A DNA stretch of 64,000 bases from Candidatus Dojkabacteria bacterium (GTDB lineage: Bacteria; Patescibacteriota; Dojkabacteria; B142; JAFGMG01): positions 75,991-139,990 of the forward strand of contig JAFGMG010000005.1 in NCBI GenBank assembly GCA_016927655.1, given 5' to 3'. Of this stretch, positions 9,275 to 19,679 are shown piece after piece. Positions within the stretch are counted from its first letter, which is position 1, and each line of letters starts with the position of its first letter. The position numbers and the translations under genes are program-made. The notes beneath the pieces are model-generated. The model was not told the DNA's origin and did no database searches. It saw only the letters and a list, made by a program, of their open reading frames with translations.

Positions 9275-10621
9275 ATGAATGATAATCTGCGAACATTTGT
9301 ATTGCTTGGTGCGGCGGTATTATTTATTGTAATAATAGGTATACTGGTTATTCTCTTTCTGCCAGGAGAAGGGGGCAATGAAACTCCTCAGGATAATACC
9401 GGAATAGTTCCTACTGATCGGCAGATTACTCTGATATGGTGGAACCTTTTTGAACCTCAGGAAAATGTCCAGCCCTTGATCGATGCTTATCAGGCGAAAT
9501 ATCCAAATGTCACTATTGAATATTCAGAAAAAACTCTAGATGATTATCAAACAAGTCTGGAGAAAGTTCTAACAGACAGGCAGCCGGAAACTACGCCCGA
9601 TATTTTTACTGTAAATTCCAAGTCTGTTGCCAGATACAAAAATTATTCCCTGCCCTGTCCTAGTGAAGTGCTGGATTATGCAACTTATCAGGAAAATTTC
9701 TACCCGGTAATTGTAAGTGATGGGGCTTATGACGGCAGTGTTCATGCCATTCCTTTGGGGATTGACTCAATTGCTTTGATTTATAATAAAAAGCTGCTTA
9801 ATGACGCTGGATATACTGTTCCTTCAAGTGACTGGTCAGAGCTTCTTGAGCAGGCACAAAATATTACAAAATCTTCAAATAATAGTATAACAACAGCTGG
9901 ATTGGCTTTGAATGCGGACGATAATTCTCAATTCTGGTTTGAAGTTTTTAATCTTTTGATGCTTCAATCGGAAGTCGGTATGGTAGATGAGCTGGGCCAG
10001 GCCGTTTTTGCAGAAGATTCTGCTACTTCTGAGGCAGCGCAGTATTTCAAAAACTTTGAAGAAGAGAATGTCTGGGATGATACTTTAAAACAGGATATTG
10101 CATTGTTCCTGGAAGGCAAACTGGGCATGTTTTTTGCGCCTGCATGGAGGCTGGATGAAGTGATTTCTTACAATCAAACGTATAATTTGGGATTGGATAT
10201 CGGGGTGGCAAATGTACCGCAGCTTTCGAGTCTGGAAGAAGGAAGTGTCGGCTGGGCGGATTATTGGATGCAGATGGTGTCTTTGGACTCGGCAAATTAT
10301 AAAGTTGCGTGGGATTTTTTAAATTTCGCAACCCAGCCGGAACAATTAAGAGCTTCTTACTCGAAAGCTGCAGAGTCACGCGTTTTTGGGCAGATTTACC
10401 CAAGAGTTGATATGGGACCGGAGCTCGAGTCAAATCAGTATCTTGAAGTTTATCTGGCTGAAATTGGACAAGCCGGGAGCTGGGAAATGGTTGATTATCT
10501 GCAGGTAAAAGAGGTTTTCGCAGAATGGCTGGCAGGAACAGGAAGTGCTGAATCCGCCCAGACAAAGGTCAATACAATACTTAGTAACAGCGGTTATCTG
10601 AGGGCTGGATTGACTAATTAG
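9275..10621 (+). CDS. Extracellular solute-binding protein (ABC transporter family-1 SBP, sugar-type)
   Basis: A signal anchor is followed by LIWWNLFEPQ...LIDAYQAKYPNVTIEY and then a periplasmic-binding fold. No permease or ATPase genes are adjacent, so this is an orphan SBP. Confidence 0.65.
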   Translation: MNDNLRTFVLLGAAVLFIVIIGILVILFLPGEGGNETPQDNTGIVPTDRQITLIWWNLFEPQENVQPLIDAYQAKYPNVTIEYSEKTLDDYQTSLEKVLTDRQPETTPDIFTVNSKSVARYKNYSLPCPSEVLDYATYQENFYPVIVSDGAYDGSVHAIPLGIDSIALIYNKKLLNDAGYTVPSSDWSELLEQAQNITKSSNNSITTAGLALNADDNSQFWFEVFNLLMLQSEVGMVDELGQAVFAEDSATSEAAQYFKNFEEENVWDDTLKQDIALFLEGKLGMFFAPAWRLDEVISYNQTYNLGLDIGVANVPQLSSLEEGSVGWADYWMQMVSLDSANYKVAWDFLNFATQPEQLRASYSKAAESRVFGQIYPRVDMGPELESNQYLEVYLAEIGQAGSWEMVDYLQVKEVFAEWLAGTGSAESAQTKVNTILSNSGYLRAGLTN

Positions 10622-10640
10622 AAAAAGGTATACTTATACA

Positions 10641-12590
10641 ATGAAATACAAAATTGCAGACAAGAGAATATTTCAAGGTTTTTTGTTTATTATCGTGTCA
10701 GCTGTGGCTGCTTCCGGTCTTTTGCAGCTTGTACAGGCTGTCCCTCTGGCTGATCCTGCAGATCAATTTTTAGTCAATTCTCCAAAGGCGAATTCTACCC
10801 TAGTAGAAACCGTAAATATCCAATTTAAGTTGTATGACGATGAGAATGCCAACCCTGAATATGAAATTGCGCTTTATCAGCCGAATTGTATTACAAAATA
10901 TGGGACAATAGCGGTCAATGATTATTCAATCAAAGACGGGAACAATGTCTATACTAAAGCATATAATACCGATGGAGCAATGATCGACCGGCCTGCTGCT
11001 GCTGATGGTACATATTGTTTGAAGGTGTGTACTACTTTGAGAAACGGAGCTGCAAATTATTCTGTTTGCGACCTTCGCTCAGTCACTCTCGCTCAAAAAG
11101 CAAACTCAGCCCCAGTAATTACATCCAATCCGCCAAATGCAAATTATATTATCGGACAGAGGTTCGGATATGATGTTCAGGCAAGTGATGCTGATGGGGA
11201 TGCTTTGAGCTACGTACTTGTCAATACGCCTAGTTTTTTGCAGATCAATCCTTCAACCGGGGAAATTACATCCAAGGGTGAGCTGGCAACTATAGGAAGC
11301 TTCCAGGTTCTTGTTTACGTCGATGACGGAAATGGTGGAAGGGACTCTCAGCAATTTGAAATAGTGGTAGTGGAACAGCCTGTGGTCATACTGCCGTCAG
11401 TAGTTATTTCCAATCCTTCTGCTGATGAACTAATTATTGATGACACGTTGAATATCGAATGGAGCATTGCTGCTATCACAAACATCAGCAAAATCGAGCT
11501 TTTTTATTCGACTGACGGGGCGAAGTGGACATTGATCAAAGCTCTGGATCCAACGGCTACTAATTATGCGTGGGATATATCGGGAATTCCTGATGGGGAG
11601 TATTATTTGAAAATTGTAGTAACTGATGATGCCGGAAATATTTACGAATATATTGTAGATACTTTTTCAATAAATAGAGAGAATGATGAGCCTATTGAAA
11701 ATGCTGCTGGTATTATTGACGTTATCCCTAAGGAAGATAGTGAGTCAAATTCAATTGCAAAAATCGAAGCGACTCTTGTTCCAAGCGCCGGCAGTGAAAT
11801 TATTGCTGATTCTGTGAAAGTGCTTCTTGATGATTCAGATATTTCAGAATCATGCGCACTTCAAGGCGACCGTCTTGTTTGTAATATCGGAGACCTCGGG
11901 CTTGGAAAACACAAGATTGAGATCAGTTTTGAAGACAGCGGTGGAGAAAAAGCTCAAAAATCATGGTTTTTTACTAAAATTGAGGCTGACGCTCAGAAAG
12001 ATAAGGGCAGCGGACTCAATACCTCTACTCTTCTTGTGATTTTTGTCATCTGCGTTGTTGCGCTATTTATTATTATTATTCCTTGGATTTTGTATTCAAT
12101 CTGGAGGGGAAGAGGCAGTGAAGAAGACATTTATGTGAATGACTATGGAACAACTCCTGGCGCTGGCGGTGCTTATGACGCTGCAACTGATGTAAATGTA
12201 AATATCGATCCAAGAACGGATCTGGACAGCAGTTATTATACGCAGCCTGCAATGGATGAAACTCCAGCTGATGTAGATGTGGATTTTGATGAATATAATG
12301 TCGGCGAAGGTGCTATTGGAGAGGATCAGAATTTCGCTCCTGTGCAGCCTCCAGTAGCCAGCGCGCAGGCGAGCTCACCTGCTCGCGACCAGCAGCCTCC
12401 AACAGCAGCGGCAGATCAGGGGCTGGATGAGGGGGATATTCCTGACTGGCTAAAAGGTGATGATATAAGTGATCCTGTAGATACAAAGGGCGAGGAAATC
12501 GATCTGGATACTGCAGAAGAGAAAAAGGACGAATTGAAAGGTGCTGATCCATACTCTGATTATGGACTTGCGCAGAAGGATGATAACTAG
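10641..12590 (+). CDS. Type I membrane surface protein with cadherin-like / putative Ig (He_PIG-type) domains and an acidic cytoplasmic tail
   Basis: It has a signal peptide. The He_PIG-like motif reads DADGDALSYVLVNTPSFLQINPSTGEITSKGE. Ig-like repeats follow, then a single TM (LLVIFVICVVALFIIIIPWILYSIW). The C-terminal tail is D/E/P-rich. Confidence 0.6.
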   Translation: MKYKIADKRIFQGFLFIIVSAVAASGLLQLVQAVPLADPADQFLVNSPKANSTLVETVNIQFKLYDDENANPEYEIALYQPNCITKYGTIAVNDYSIKDGNNVYTKAYNTDGAMIDRPAAADGTYCLKVCTTLRNGAANYSVCDLRSVTLAQKANSAPVITSNPPNANYIIGQRFGYDVQASDADGDALSYVLVNTPSFLQINPSTGEITSKGELATIGSFQVLVYVDDGNGGRDSQQFEIVVVEQPVVILPSVVISNPSADELIIDDTLNIEWSIAAITNISKIELFYSTDGAKWTLIKALDPTATNYAWDISGIPDGEYYLKIVVTDDAGNIYEYIVDTFSINRENDEPIENAAGIIDVIPKEDSESNSIAKIEATLVPSAGSEIIADSVKVLLDDSDISESCALQGDRLVCNIGDLGLGKHKIEISFEDSGGEKAQKSWFFTKIEADAQKDKGSGLNTSTLLVIFVICVVALFIIIIPWILYSIWRGRGSEEDIYVNDYGTTPGAGGAYDAATDVNVNIDPRTDLDSSYYTQPAMDETPADVDVDFDEYNVGEGAIGEDQNFAPVQPPVASAQASSPARDQQPPTAAADQGLDEGDIPDWLKGDDISDPVDTKGEEIDLDTAEEKKDELKGADPYSDYGLAQKDDN

Positions 12591-12618
12591 TCTTTAACAT
12601 CTAACTCCTAACGTCTCT

Positions 12619-15600
12619 TCATGGATTGCAGCTGCCGACAAATACACCATTCCCAAGTGTTGCATATTTCTCAATCCTGGCTGGCTTTGTGATGTTTTTA
12701 AAGATAGCATCATTTGTATGGATTTCGTATATTTCCCCTGTTTTTAGTATTTGTGTAACTTCAGATGTCTTTGGGTTGTAAAGTTTATGATCAGAATCAG
12801 TTTCGCAGTCCAAAGTGATAATTTCAATGGTTTCGCCTTTGATCCTGCTGGCAGGTGCGGCCTGAGCCACGCTTTGCGACGGCCTGGTGGACTGGTTATC
12901 TGGAATTTTATCAAAACCCAGATCGACAAGCGTAGTCCCCATCATCACAAGGGCAAAGGCAAGTCCGAAAGCTGCGGTCGGGTCAAACTTTTTAGTAAGA
13001 GTATCCACAAAATCATACAATGTTTTCATAAGAGACAATCCGGCCAGAACGTTTTTCAGAACATCAACATTTCCTAGAAGTTTATCGATTGCAGCACCGA
13101 TTTGTGAGCCGATGTATGAAATAACGGATCCCAATGCCACACCAAACAAAGGGGTTCCAATAATTGTTCCAATAAATCCTCCTGTGATGCCGCCTATTAT
13201 TCCTCCTGCTACCATAAATGTTCCAATTGGTGTCCCGGTAGCGTATGCGATTGCTATGCCAATACCAGCTCCGCTCAATGTTCCCAAGGCTGCAGCTCCG
13301 AGGTTGATCCCTTGTATGGCCGCCATGGCGCTGATCCCTCCGTATATGCCGCCGACATTAAATCCGAGTTCAGCACCCTTTAAATAATTTAGCCAGGATT
13401 TGAGATGAGTTGGAGACCAGTTTGCAGAGAAATAATCCAGTCCTTGGGCGCGCATTGCCGAGAGCTGACTATTGATCCATGGTGCTGCCGTTGCCAGGCC
13501 GACAAGTTCCATAAATGGGAGCTTGCCAAGTGCCATTAGCGTTGAACTTGTTGCAATTTTTGCAGACGCATTGACGGCGAGTCTCCCTGTTAGATATCTT
13601 GCACCAAGTGCTGCTCCCCCAGCAGTCGCTCCGGCTGCCAATGCAACCAATGGACTTGCGCCGAGCAATGCGGCAATAGCTGCTCCGCCGGCGAAGCCGT
13701 AAAAACCGGTATTTAGTGAACGGGCAAAGGTATACCCTCTTGTTGTTAGAGATCTAGAAGCGCTTAATCCTTGCTGTAAGCGCATTTCTTTTCCGAGAAC
13801 ACCGTGAGCTTTCTGAAAATCAGCAATTCTTCCAAATGGGCTGAGTTTTGTTGAATTTAATGTATCTGTGGTTAATTTCAACGCGGCACCTGCTCCACCA
13901 CTCAAAGCAGCGGCAGCAAGAATTGCTGGTGTCCCACCGCCCATCGCAAGTGCGAGTCCTGCGCCAATTGCACCGTATCTAAGCCCAGAGCCAGTTGCTC
14001 TTGCGAGTGCGCGAACCCCGTTTAGTGCTCTTTGAGCACCGATCAAGCCCTTTCCAACAACACCTCCCATTATCCGGGTTTTTGTATTGGTAATTGAGTT
14101 TGATAAAGCCTTAGCGCCGTTATTGAGGGTTTTCAAACCGCTCATAGTATATGCTCCATTCTGTACTATGCGTCTAACATTATTCAATGTATTGAGAATT
14201 TTACCCAAATATGCCTTTGCTCCAACTCCTACAGCCAGTAGTGTTTTTGATTTGGATTTACTTTTTCGCTCCTCATATTTTTTCTTGAGATTGATTGTTC
14301 CTAAATCATTGTAAAGCCGTTTAATACCAAGACCGCTAAAAGCTTTTCTTTGCGGCTGATACCTTTTGTATTTGACATCTCTGTCAAGTTTTCTGCTAAT
14401 CCTGTCTCCGATGCTTTCGTCAATTCTTGCCAATCCATTTCGAAGACGCCTCGGAAGAATGCTTATCTGCCGTCCTTTCTCGAAAGTCCATCTGCCAAGT
14501 CTTGTTTTTCCTGTCCATTGAACTATTCTGCTGGTTGCTATAGATCTGCCGATTCCCGCAACACCTTTTCTTCCAGCTCTACCGATAGCTCCTACTCCCC
14601 TGCCAGCTTGTTTCCCTAAAAACATAGTACCTTGTCCGGCTTTTCTGGGAAGATAGCCTAGTCCTGTCCTATAATACTGTCCTTTTCTACTCTCGTAGTC
14701 TTTTTTCCTGTTGCTGTACCAGTCCCTGATATTTACTTTTTCTTTCTTTTCGATCTTCTGCTCCCAAATGTTTTTCCCCTGTTTTAGCTCTTTTCTTGTA
14801 GCAGCGGCGCGTGCTTTTGCCCGTTCAAGTAGCATCTTGTCTGCCATTTCGCGAACCTGGTCCTGTGTCATCTCGTTTGATACAGAATTTAGAAGTCCAT
14901 AAGTTGACTGTAAATTCTTGATAGCTGCAGCTGCGTTTGGGTCGTCACTCTTTGCTAGTCTTGCCAGTGTGGTGCTATACGCAGCCTTTAGATTCTGCGG
15001 GGTTGCTTTATCTTTATTAATGCCGATTACATCATACGGATTGCTCCTCTCTCTTGCGATTTTCCTGACGTCCTCTTTTGAAAGATCTGCAGCAAAGTCA
15101 AATCCGCCTTGGATCAAGTCCCTTTCGATAAGTTCGCTATTGGATTGAGGCTTGATTGTTTCGGGTTTGTATTTTTGCAGATCCGGTCCCACCTGGTCAG
15201 CCATTCTTCCTAGTCTTTGTTCTGATTGCTCCAGATATCTCGCCTGATTTTGAAGTGTTGCGAATTTTTGTGCCTTTTGCTTACGGATCTCTTCTGGGGC
15301 AGCGTTTGGCTGGTTTTGGGAGAGTTTTTCGACAGCCTGAGTATAGCTCCCGAACTCCTGTTTGATCTTATTATACTTGTTTAATTCTTCCAGGTAAGTC
15401 AGATTTCTCTCCAATACTGCTTTTTCTCTTGTAAGTTGCTCTTTTCTATTTAAAATTTGTTCTCGTATGCTCGGATTCGCTTTTGCCCCGGCAAGTTCCA
15501 AATTGTTCTCAAGGGCTGCTATCTGGGTATTTAAATCTTGAAGCTGCTTTGGTAATTGCGTTTCTTTTGGTTTTGGAGGAAGGTTGGTTTCCTGTTCACT

Positions 15601-16068
15601 TGGCTTTATACTCTGTTGCTCTTCTTCTGGTGACTGTTTTTGAGGTTTAGCCTTTTTAGACCTCCTGTCTGTCCCTTGTCTTCTTAAGCGGGGTATTCTG
15701 GGAACTCTTCGGTTTTCGGCTACAACATCGTCATCTCCGCCGCCGCCGCCGGTTTGTTCTTTTGGTTGTTCCTCTTTAACTTCATTTTTAGACTCAGCCT
15801 CTTTTTGTGCTTCAATAAGTTCCTGTTTTGTCTGCGTGATCTCTGTTTCGAGACTTCTAAGTGTTTCCCGGTCTGTAATATTTATCCCCAGGCTTGCCAT
15901 AACTCCAGCTGTATTTGCTGACGGGTCTGAGACAACCCGCTCGATTTGATTCCTGATAGCTGATATTCTAAATGCACTAATTGTGGGATTTTGTCCACGT
16001 AATGCCTCCTCCACTCTATCGAGTAATTTATTAATATTTGGTTGTGCTTGTGCTGCTGGCAATGCCAT
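12619..16068 (-). CDS. Giant protein (1149 aa) with an N-terminal coiled-coil half and a C-terminal glycine-zipper hydrophobic half (tape-measure-like); function unknown
   Basis: The long ORF has coding-like composition. A charged coiled-coil region spans aa 1-460. Repeated G/A-rich amphipathic or TM segments span aa ~470-1060 (GAIGAGLALAMGGGTPAILAAAALSGGAGAAL...). A small ~80-aa soluble C-terminal domain ends it. Confidence 0.75.
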   Translation of the reverse strand: MALPAAQAQPNINKLLDRVEEALRGQNPTISAFRISAIRNQIERVVSDPSANTAGVMASLGINITDRETLRSLETEITQTKQELIEAQKEAESKNEVKEEQPKEQTGGGGGDDDVVAENRRVPRIPRLRRQGTDRRSKKAKPQKQSPEEEQQSIKPSEQETNLPPKPKETQLPKQLQDLNTQIAALENNLELAGAKANPSIREQILNRKEQLTREKAVLERNLTYLEELNKYNKIKQEFGSYTQAVEKLSQNQPNAAPEEIRKQKAQKFATLQNQARYLEQSEQRLGRMADQVGPDLQKYKPETIKPQSNSELIERDLIQGGFDFAADLSKEDVRKIARERSNPYDVIGINKDKATPQNLKAAYSTTLARLAKSDDPNAAAAIKNLQSTYGLLNSVSNEMTQDQVREMADKMLLERAKARAAATRKELKQGKNIWEQKIEKKEKVNIRDWYSNRKKDYESRKGQYYRTGLGYLPRKAGQGTMFLGKQAGRGVGAIGRAGRKGVAGIGRSIATSRIVQWTGKTRLGRWTFEKGRQISILPRRLRNGLARIDESIGDRISRKLDRDVKYKRYQPQRKAFSGLGIKRLYNDLGTINLKKKYEERKSKSKSKTLLAVGVGAKAYLGKILNTLNNVRRIVQNGAYTMSGLKTLNNGAKALSNSITNTKTRIMGGVVGKGLIGAQRALNGVRALARATGSGLRYGAIGAGLALAMGGGTPAILAAAALSGGAGAALKLTTDTLNSTKLSPFGRIADFQKAHGVLGKEMRLQQGLSASRSLTTRGYTFARSLNTGFYGFAGGAAIAALLGASPLVALAAGATAGGAALGARYLTGRLAVNASAKIATSSTLMALGKLPFMELVGLATAAPWINSQLSAMRAQGLDYFSANWSPTHLKSWLNYLKGAELGFNVGGIYGGISAMAAIQGINLGAAALGTLSGAGIGIAIAYATGTPIGTFMVAGGIIGGITGGFIGTIIGTPLFGVALGSVISYIGSQIGAAIDKLLGNVDVLKNVLAGLSLMKTLYDFVDTLTKKFDPTAAFGLAFALVMMGTTLVDLGFDKIPDNQSTRPSQSVAQAAPASRIKGETIEIITLDCETDSDHKLYNPKTSEVTQILKTGEIYEIHTNDAIFKNITKPARIEKYATLGNGVFVGSCNP

Positions 16069-16082
16069 GCGTATTTCTCTAA

Positions 16083-17273
16083 TTATAGAAAGTATTTATC
16101 CATCCTAAACCCACTTGTGCTAAAAACAAGCATGTCCTTTAGTGCCTGTTCACTCATTGTGAATTTGTAATATTCTTTTATTCCCTCAAGAAGAACTCCG
16201 GCGTTTGTAATGCTTTGGATCTCTAAAGTATATTCATTGCCTTCTTCGAGCTGTTCGTCTTGAGTTGCTTCTCGAATCTTTGAGGTGAAGAAATTACCGG
16301 GTCTAATAGCTTGTTCTATAATCACTTCGGTGAGTGCAATGAAAATGTGCTTATAAAAGTCATCTAAAGTCTCTTGATTGATTTTTGGATTGAATTCTCG
16401 TAATGAATCCAAGAGTTCTAGGACATATAATTCCATAGACATATCTTCGCGTGCTCTAAAGACGACCAGTTCTTCAAGCTGTCTTTTTTGAGCCATATCA
16501 ACTATCTGAGCAAGAGCATTGTTTTTGGCGTCTATTGGAGAAATTCCCCTTTCGATGTCACTATATGCAAGATGCATTAAATTATCAAACACTCTTTGTA
16601 TTAATTCTTCTGCAATTTGTTCGATTTGCCTACCTTGATTTATTACAAAAAAGGCTCTTTCTGGATAGTATTTAAGTTTGTTTGCTAACAGGCTATTTGA
16701 GTAGTTGAGTATGCTCAGGCCGGCGAGTTTTGATTTGATCAGATAAAATTTATTCTCGAAATTTATTGTCTCTTTGATGTCTATTTCCCCTTTTTTATCA
16801 ATTAGCACGGCGTAAGGGAGATCGACTTTAATTGTCTGCTTCAGATCCGTTTCTTTTATTCCCAGCTCTTTATATTGGGCCTTTTGAGCTTCGGTTTGGG
16901 GCGGGATGAAAAACTCTATTGCGTATTCAGCAAGTTCGGGAAGTCCCTGGTCCCATCTGGACTGGAAGTAGCTGCTGATTGTCTGAAGCCAGACTCTGGT
17001 AAGTTCAGATATATTTTCTTTCTCAAATTCAAGTACCGGGATTGAAACTGCCTCGTTTTTGGTGTTTTCCAGTACAGCTTTTATAAACTGGTCGATGGCG
17101 GCCTTGTTTTTTCTATATGTTTTTTGAAATCGTTTTTCAAATTTTGGAAGAAAGTTTTCGATTTCAAAATCAAAGGAGGTCGGACTTATAAATACAAAAG
17201 CTGATCTGCCTAATTTTTTGTAGGTCTGTTCATATAATTGATCGATTTGTTGTATTTCTTGAATATCGGACAT
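16083..17273 (-). CDS. Hypothetical soluble protein (396 aa)
   Basis: Long ORF tightly spaced with its neighbours (14 nt from the upstream gene). No recognisable motif. Confidence 0.55.
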   Translation of the reverse strand: MSDIQEIQQIDQLYEQTYKKLGRSAFVFISPTSFDFEIENFLPKFEKRFQKTYRKNKAAIDQFIKAVLENTKNEAVSIPVLEFEKENISELTRVWLQTISSYFQSRWDQGLPELAEYAIEFFIPPQTEAQKAQYKELGIKETDLKQTIKVDLPYAVLIDKKGEIDIKETINFENKFYLIKSKLAGLSILNYSNSLLANKLKYYPERAFFVINQGRQIEQIAEELIQRVFDNLMHLAYSDIERGISPIDAKNNALAQIVDMAQKRQLEELVVFRAREDMSMELYVLELLDSLREFNPKINQETLDDFYKHIFIALTEVIIEQAIRPGNFFTSKIREATQDEQLEEGNEYTLEIQSITNAGVLLEGIKEYYKFTMSEQALKDMLVFSTSGFRMDKYFL

Positions 17274-17302
17274 TTCATGTTTATCGTGCTTGTTGTTATC
17301 TC

Positions 17303-19108
17303 TTATTGTTGTTTAGCTTTCGGTCTATCTGTCCAGGCATCATATCGGCCTTTTGCGACTTTATATAGTGGCTGGGTTCCGCTTGCCAGACCAGATCGAA
17401 GAGAACCGGCAAATACTGTTTTGGCTTGTTCTTTCTTGAATTCTGCTGGTGTTGCAATTGCTTTTTCAAGGAAGTCCGGGATCATTGGTGTTGAAATAAA
17501 CAGTCCAAAGGCAATAAGATTTTTGATAAATTGTCCGCTGACTGCCCCGCCATCCCCAACTAATCTGGCAGTATTGGCCCCTATCAGAGAAGGGCTGTAA
17601 CCAAAATTGATTCCAAAGTTTAGATCGTTTGTTAAGACAATCATAAACAGAAATATTGCATAAACTGCAACAAATGTGAGAGATGCAGCAAAGAGTGTTC
17701 TAAAGTAGTTTGTTACTGCTTTCATTCCCTGTCCAGGAATAGCAATTGTCAACATAATAAATGGTGACACTATCGGGTAAAGTGCCAGGACAAGGTATTT
17801 GCTGACCAATTTCATAAATAGCTTAATACTTGCCATAAATGCGGCAATTGCAAGAACAAGGGTGAATAAAAGACCGATTAGTTTATCTGCTCCAGCAGCG
17901 TCTGCCGCTTCAAGTATTCTATCAAGTGCATTCACGACAGTATTGTTTGTCTGATCATTATCTGGAACAACCTTATCAAGTGCAATGCTTCCCTCATTCA
18001 CTCTAATATTTGCAGTCCCGAATACCCCCCATACACTCATTGCATCATCATCTGGCTGGAGGTGGTATTTGACCGGGTTGTTTGCGTCACCCAGGGTTGG
18101 ATTGTACTCAAGATCTGCTTTAAAAGCAGGTACATTTTCGAGTATTTCTAGTTTGTCCTGATCGGTTGCATCTACAAGTTGATCTATGAGTCCATTGTAC
18201 TCTTCTTGGTTTAGGCCAAGTGCGTCAGGTGTTGCATCGCTAACTACTTGTCTGAGTGTCTCGATGGGCGCATTTAGCGGGTCTATTGGGTGTGTGGTTA
18301 TACTGGTAGCATTCCACAGATCATATCCCGGTGACCAGGTATTTTGTACAAGCACCTGCTGGGTGACATTTGTTCCAATTGTAATGAAATCTATCGCAAG
18401 TCCTGAAAGTGCATAACTCAAAGTGATCATAATTAGAGCAATCACTATGTTTGGTATGGAATTCGCTATTGTTACCTGGGTTTGGCCCCCAAATGAGCTT
18501 CTAAACAAAACCATCAAGGCAACGATAATTATAATTATTATCATCGCAGCGTAAGCAATATTTCTAGATACTGCCCAGTAATCAGCTATCGGGTTTAAAA
18601 TTTCAAACCCCAGTCCGGGGTAGTAAATCCACGAGTCTTCTGGTGCGGCATAAGCGGTGTTTCCTGTGGTTAATTTGCTCCATTCGTTTTGAGCATAAGT
18701 AATTCCGCTTGCCGGAGGGTTTGCGTATAATTGTGCATTGAGACCGACGATACTTTGTATTGCGCCGGGTTTATAAAATGTAATAGGTTCCCCATTGTCA
18801 TCTAAAAGCAGTTCGCCGGTATTGCTGTCTATGACATTGCTTTTTCGTTTTACAAGAAATTTGAGTCCTAATTCGACCATTTTGACTCCAATACCTGTAA
18901 TTTCTTCATTACAAACTTGGGTGTCCGGGTCACACATGGTTGTGCTATCGAGCAGGTAATCCCCTGCTGCGGATTCGGGGACTGTGCTTTCAGTCAGGGT
19001 GTAGTCTGACGTTTCGTCGACGACCACAGCTTCAGCGTCGGTTGCAAATGTCAAAAACGACGTGGCAACAGTCGTAATCAAAAGAACCACAAGCAGTATT
19101 TTTTTCAT
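17303..19108 (-). CDS. Polytopic membrane protein with a signal peptide (601 aa); TrbL/VirB6-like topology, tentative
   Basis: A cleavable-looking signal peptide (MKKILLVVLLITTVATSFLTFATDAEA) leads into a ~150-aa exported N-domain. At least 6 hydrophobic helices follow, then a hydrophilic C-terminal tail. The VirB6/TrbL call rests on topology only. Confidence 0.55.
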   Translation of the reverse strand: MKKILLVVLLITTVATSFLTFATDAEAVVVDETSDYTLTESTVPESAAGDYLLDSTTMCDPDTQVCNEEITGIGVKMVELGLKFLVKRKSNVIDSNTGELLLDDNGEPITFYKPGAIQSIVGLNAQLYANPPASGITYAQNEWSKLTTGNTAYAAPEDSWIYYPGLGFEILNPIADYWAVSRNIAYAAMIIIIIIVALMVLFRSSFGGQTQVTIANSIPNIVIALIMITLSYALSGLAIDFITIGTNVTQQVLVQNTWSPGYDLWNATSITTHPIDPLNAPIETLRQVVSDATPDALGLNQEEYNGLIDQLVDATDQDKLEILENVPAFKADLEYNPTLGDANNPVKYHLQPDDDAMSVWGVFGTANIRVNEGSIALDKVVPDNDQTNNTVVNALDRILEAADAAGADKLIGLLFTLVLAIAAFMASIKLFMKLVSKYLVLALYPIVSPFIMLTIAIPGQGMKAVTNYFRTLFAASLTFVAVYAIFLFMIVLTNDLNFGINFGYSPSLIGANTARLVGDGGAVSGQFIKNLIAFGLFISTPMIPDFLEKAIATPAEFKKEQAKTVFAGSLRSGLASGTQPLYKVAKGRYDAWTDRPKAKQQ

Positions 19109-19157
19109 GCGCGTACTACATAAATTGCTTAGACAAAAACAGTATAGAGAGTAAATG

Positions 19158-19607
19158 TTAGGAGTGCAAGGGTAGATTCTTGTGCATCTTGATCAGGTCA
19201 TTGTAGTCATCGATGACTTGTTGGATATCCTCTTCTCCAATTCCGTGGCCTTGCATTATCATTTCTATGTCGTTTTGGTGTAGTTCTTTTACAATATCAT
19301 TTGAAGCAGAAATGAATCTGAGTAAGTAGTAATTCAGCAAAACGTACGTCGAATCATTATCTATTGTTTTGACGATAAATGCGCCAAGTTCAAGCATATC
19401 GGGATTTGTGCCGTGTTCTTCTGTGAATTTTTTGAGTTCCTCGATATCGAGATTTAGATCAAATGCTATTTTTATTACTTTGAGCAGATTTTCTCCGAAA
19501 AGCTCCGCAAAGCCATCTTCTGATATGTGGAAATACTCGTACTTCTCAATGTACTCGGTAGTAGTTTCGAAAAGTTTTTTGAATAAGTCTTGTTTTTCTT
19601 TTGGCAT
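19158..19607 (-). CDS. Hypothetical small acidic protein (149 aa)
   Basis: ORF in an operon-like arrangement with 17303..19108 and 19680..20315. No motif. Confidence 0.45.
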   Translation of the reverse strand: MPKEKQDLFKKLFETTTEYIEKYEYFHISEDGFAELFGENLLKVIKIAFDLNLDIEELKKFTEEHGTNPDMLELGAFIVKTIDNDSTYVLLNYYLLRFISASNDIVKELHQNDIEMIMQGHGIGEEDIQQVIDDYNDLIKMHKNLPLHS

Positions 19608-19679
19608 AATCAGAAATGCTTTGCTTTTTTAAATAATATAGTCAGGGTCAGATTTTCTAGCCATGTTCTTTTGTGGCTT

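Noticed and set aside
12751-15365. Multiple plus-strand ORFs (e.g. 12887..13387, 13472..13702, 14918..15148) inside the 1149-aa gene, some Pro/Ile/Ala-rich
   Set aside because: They are antisense to the Gly/Ala-rich codons of the giant minus-strand gene. They have no independent start context and are shadow ORFs.
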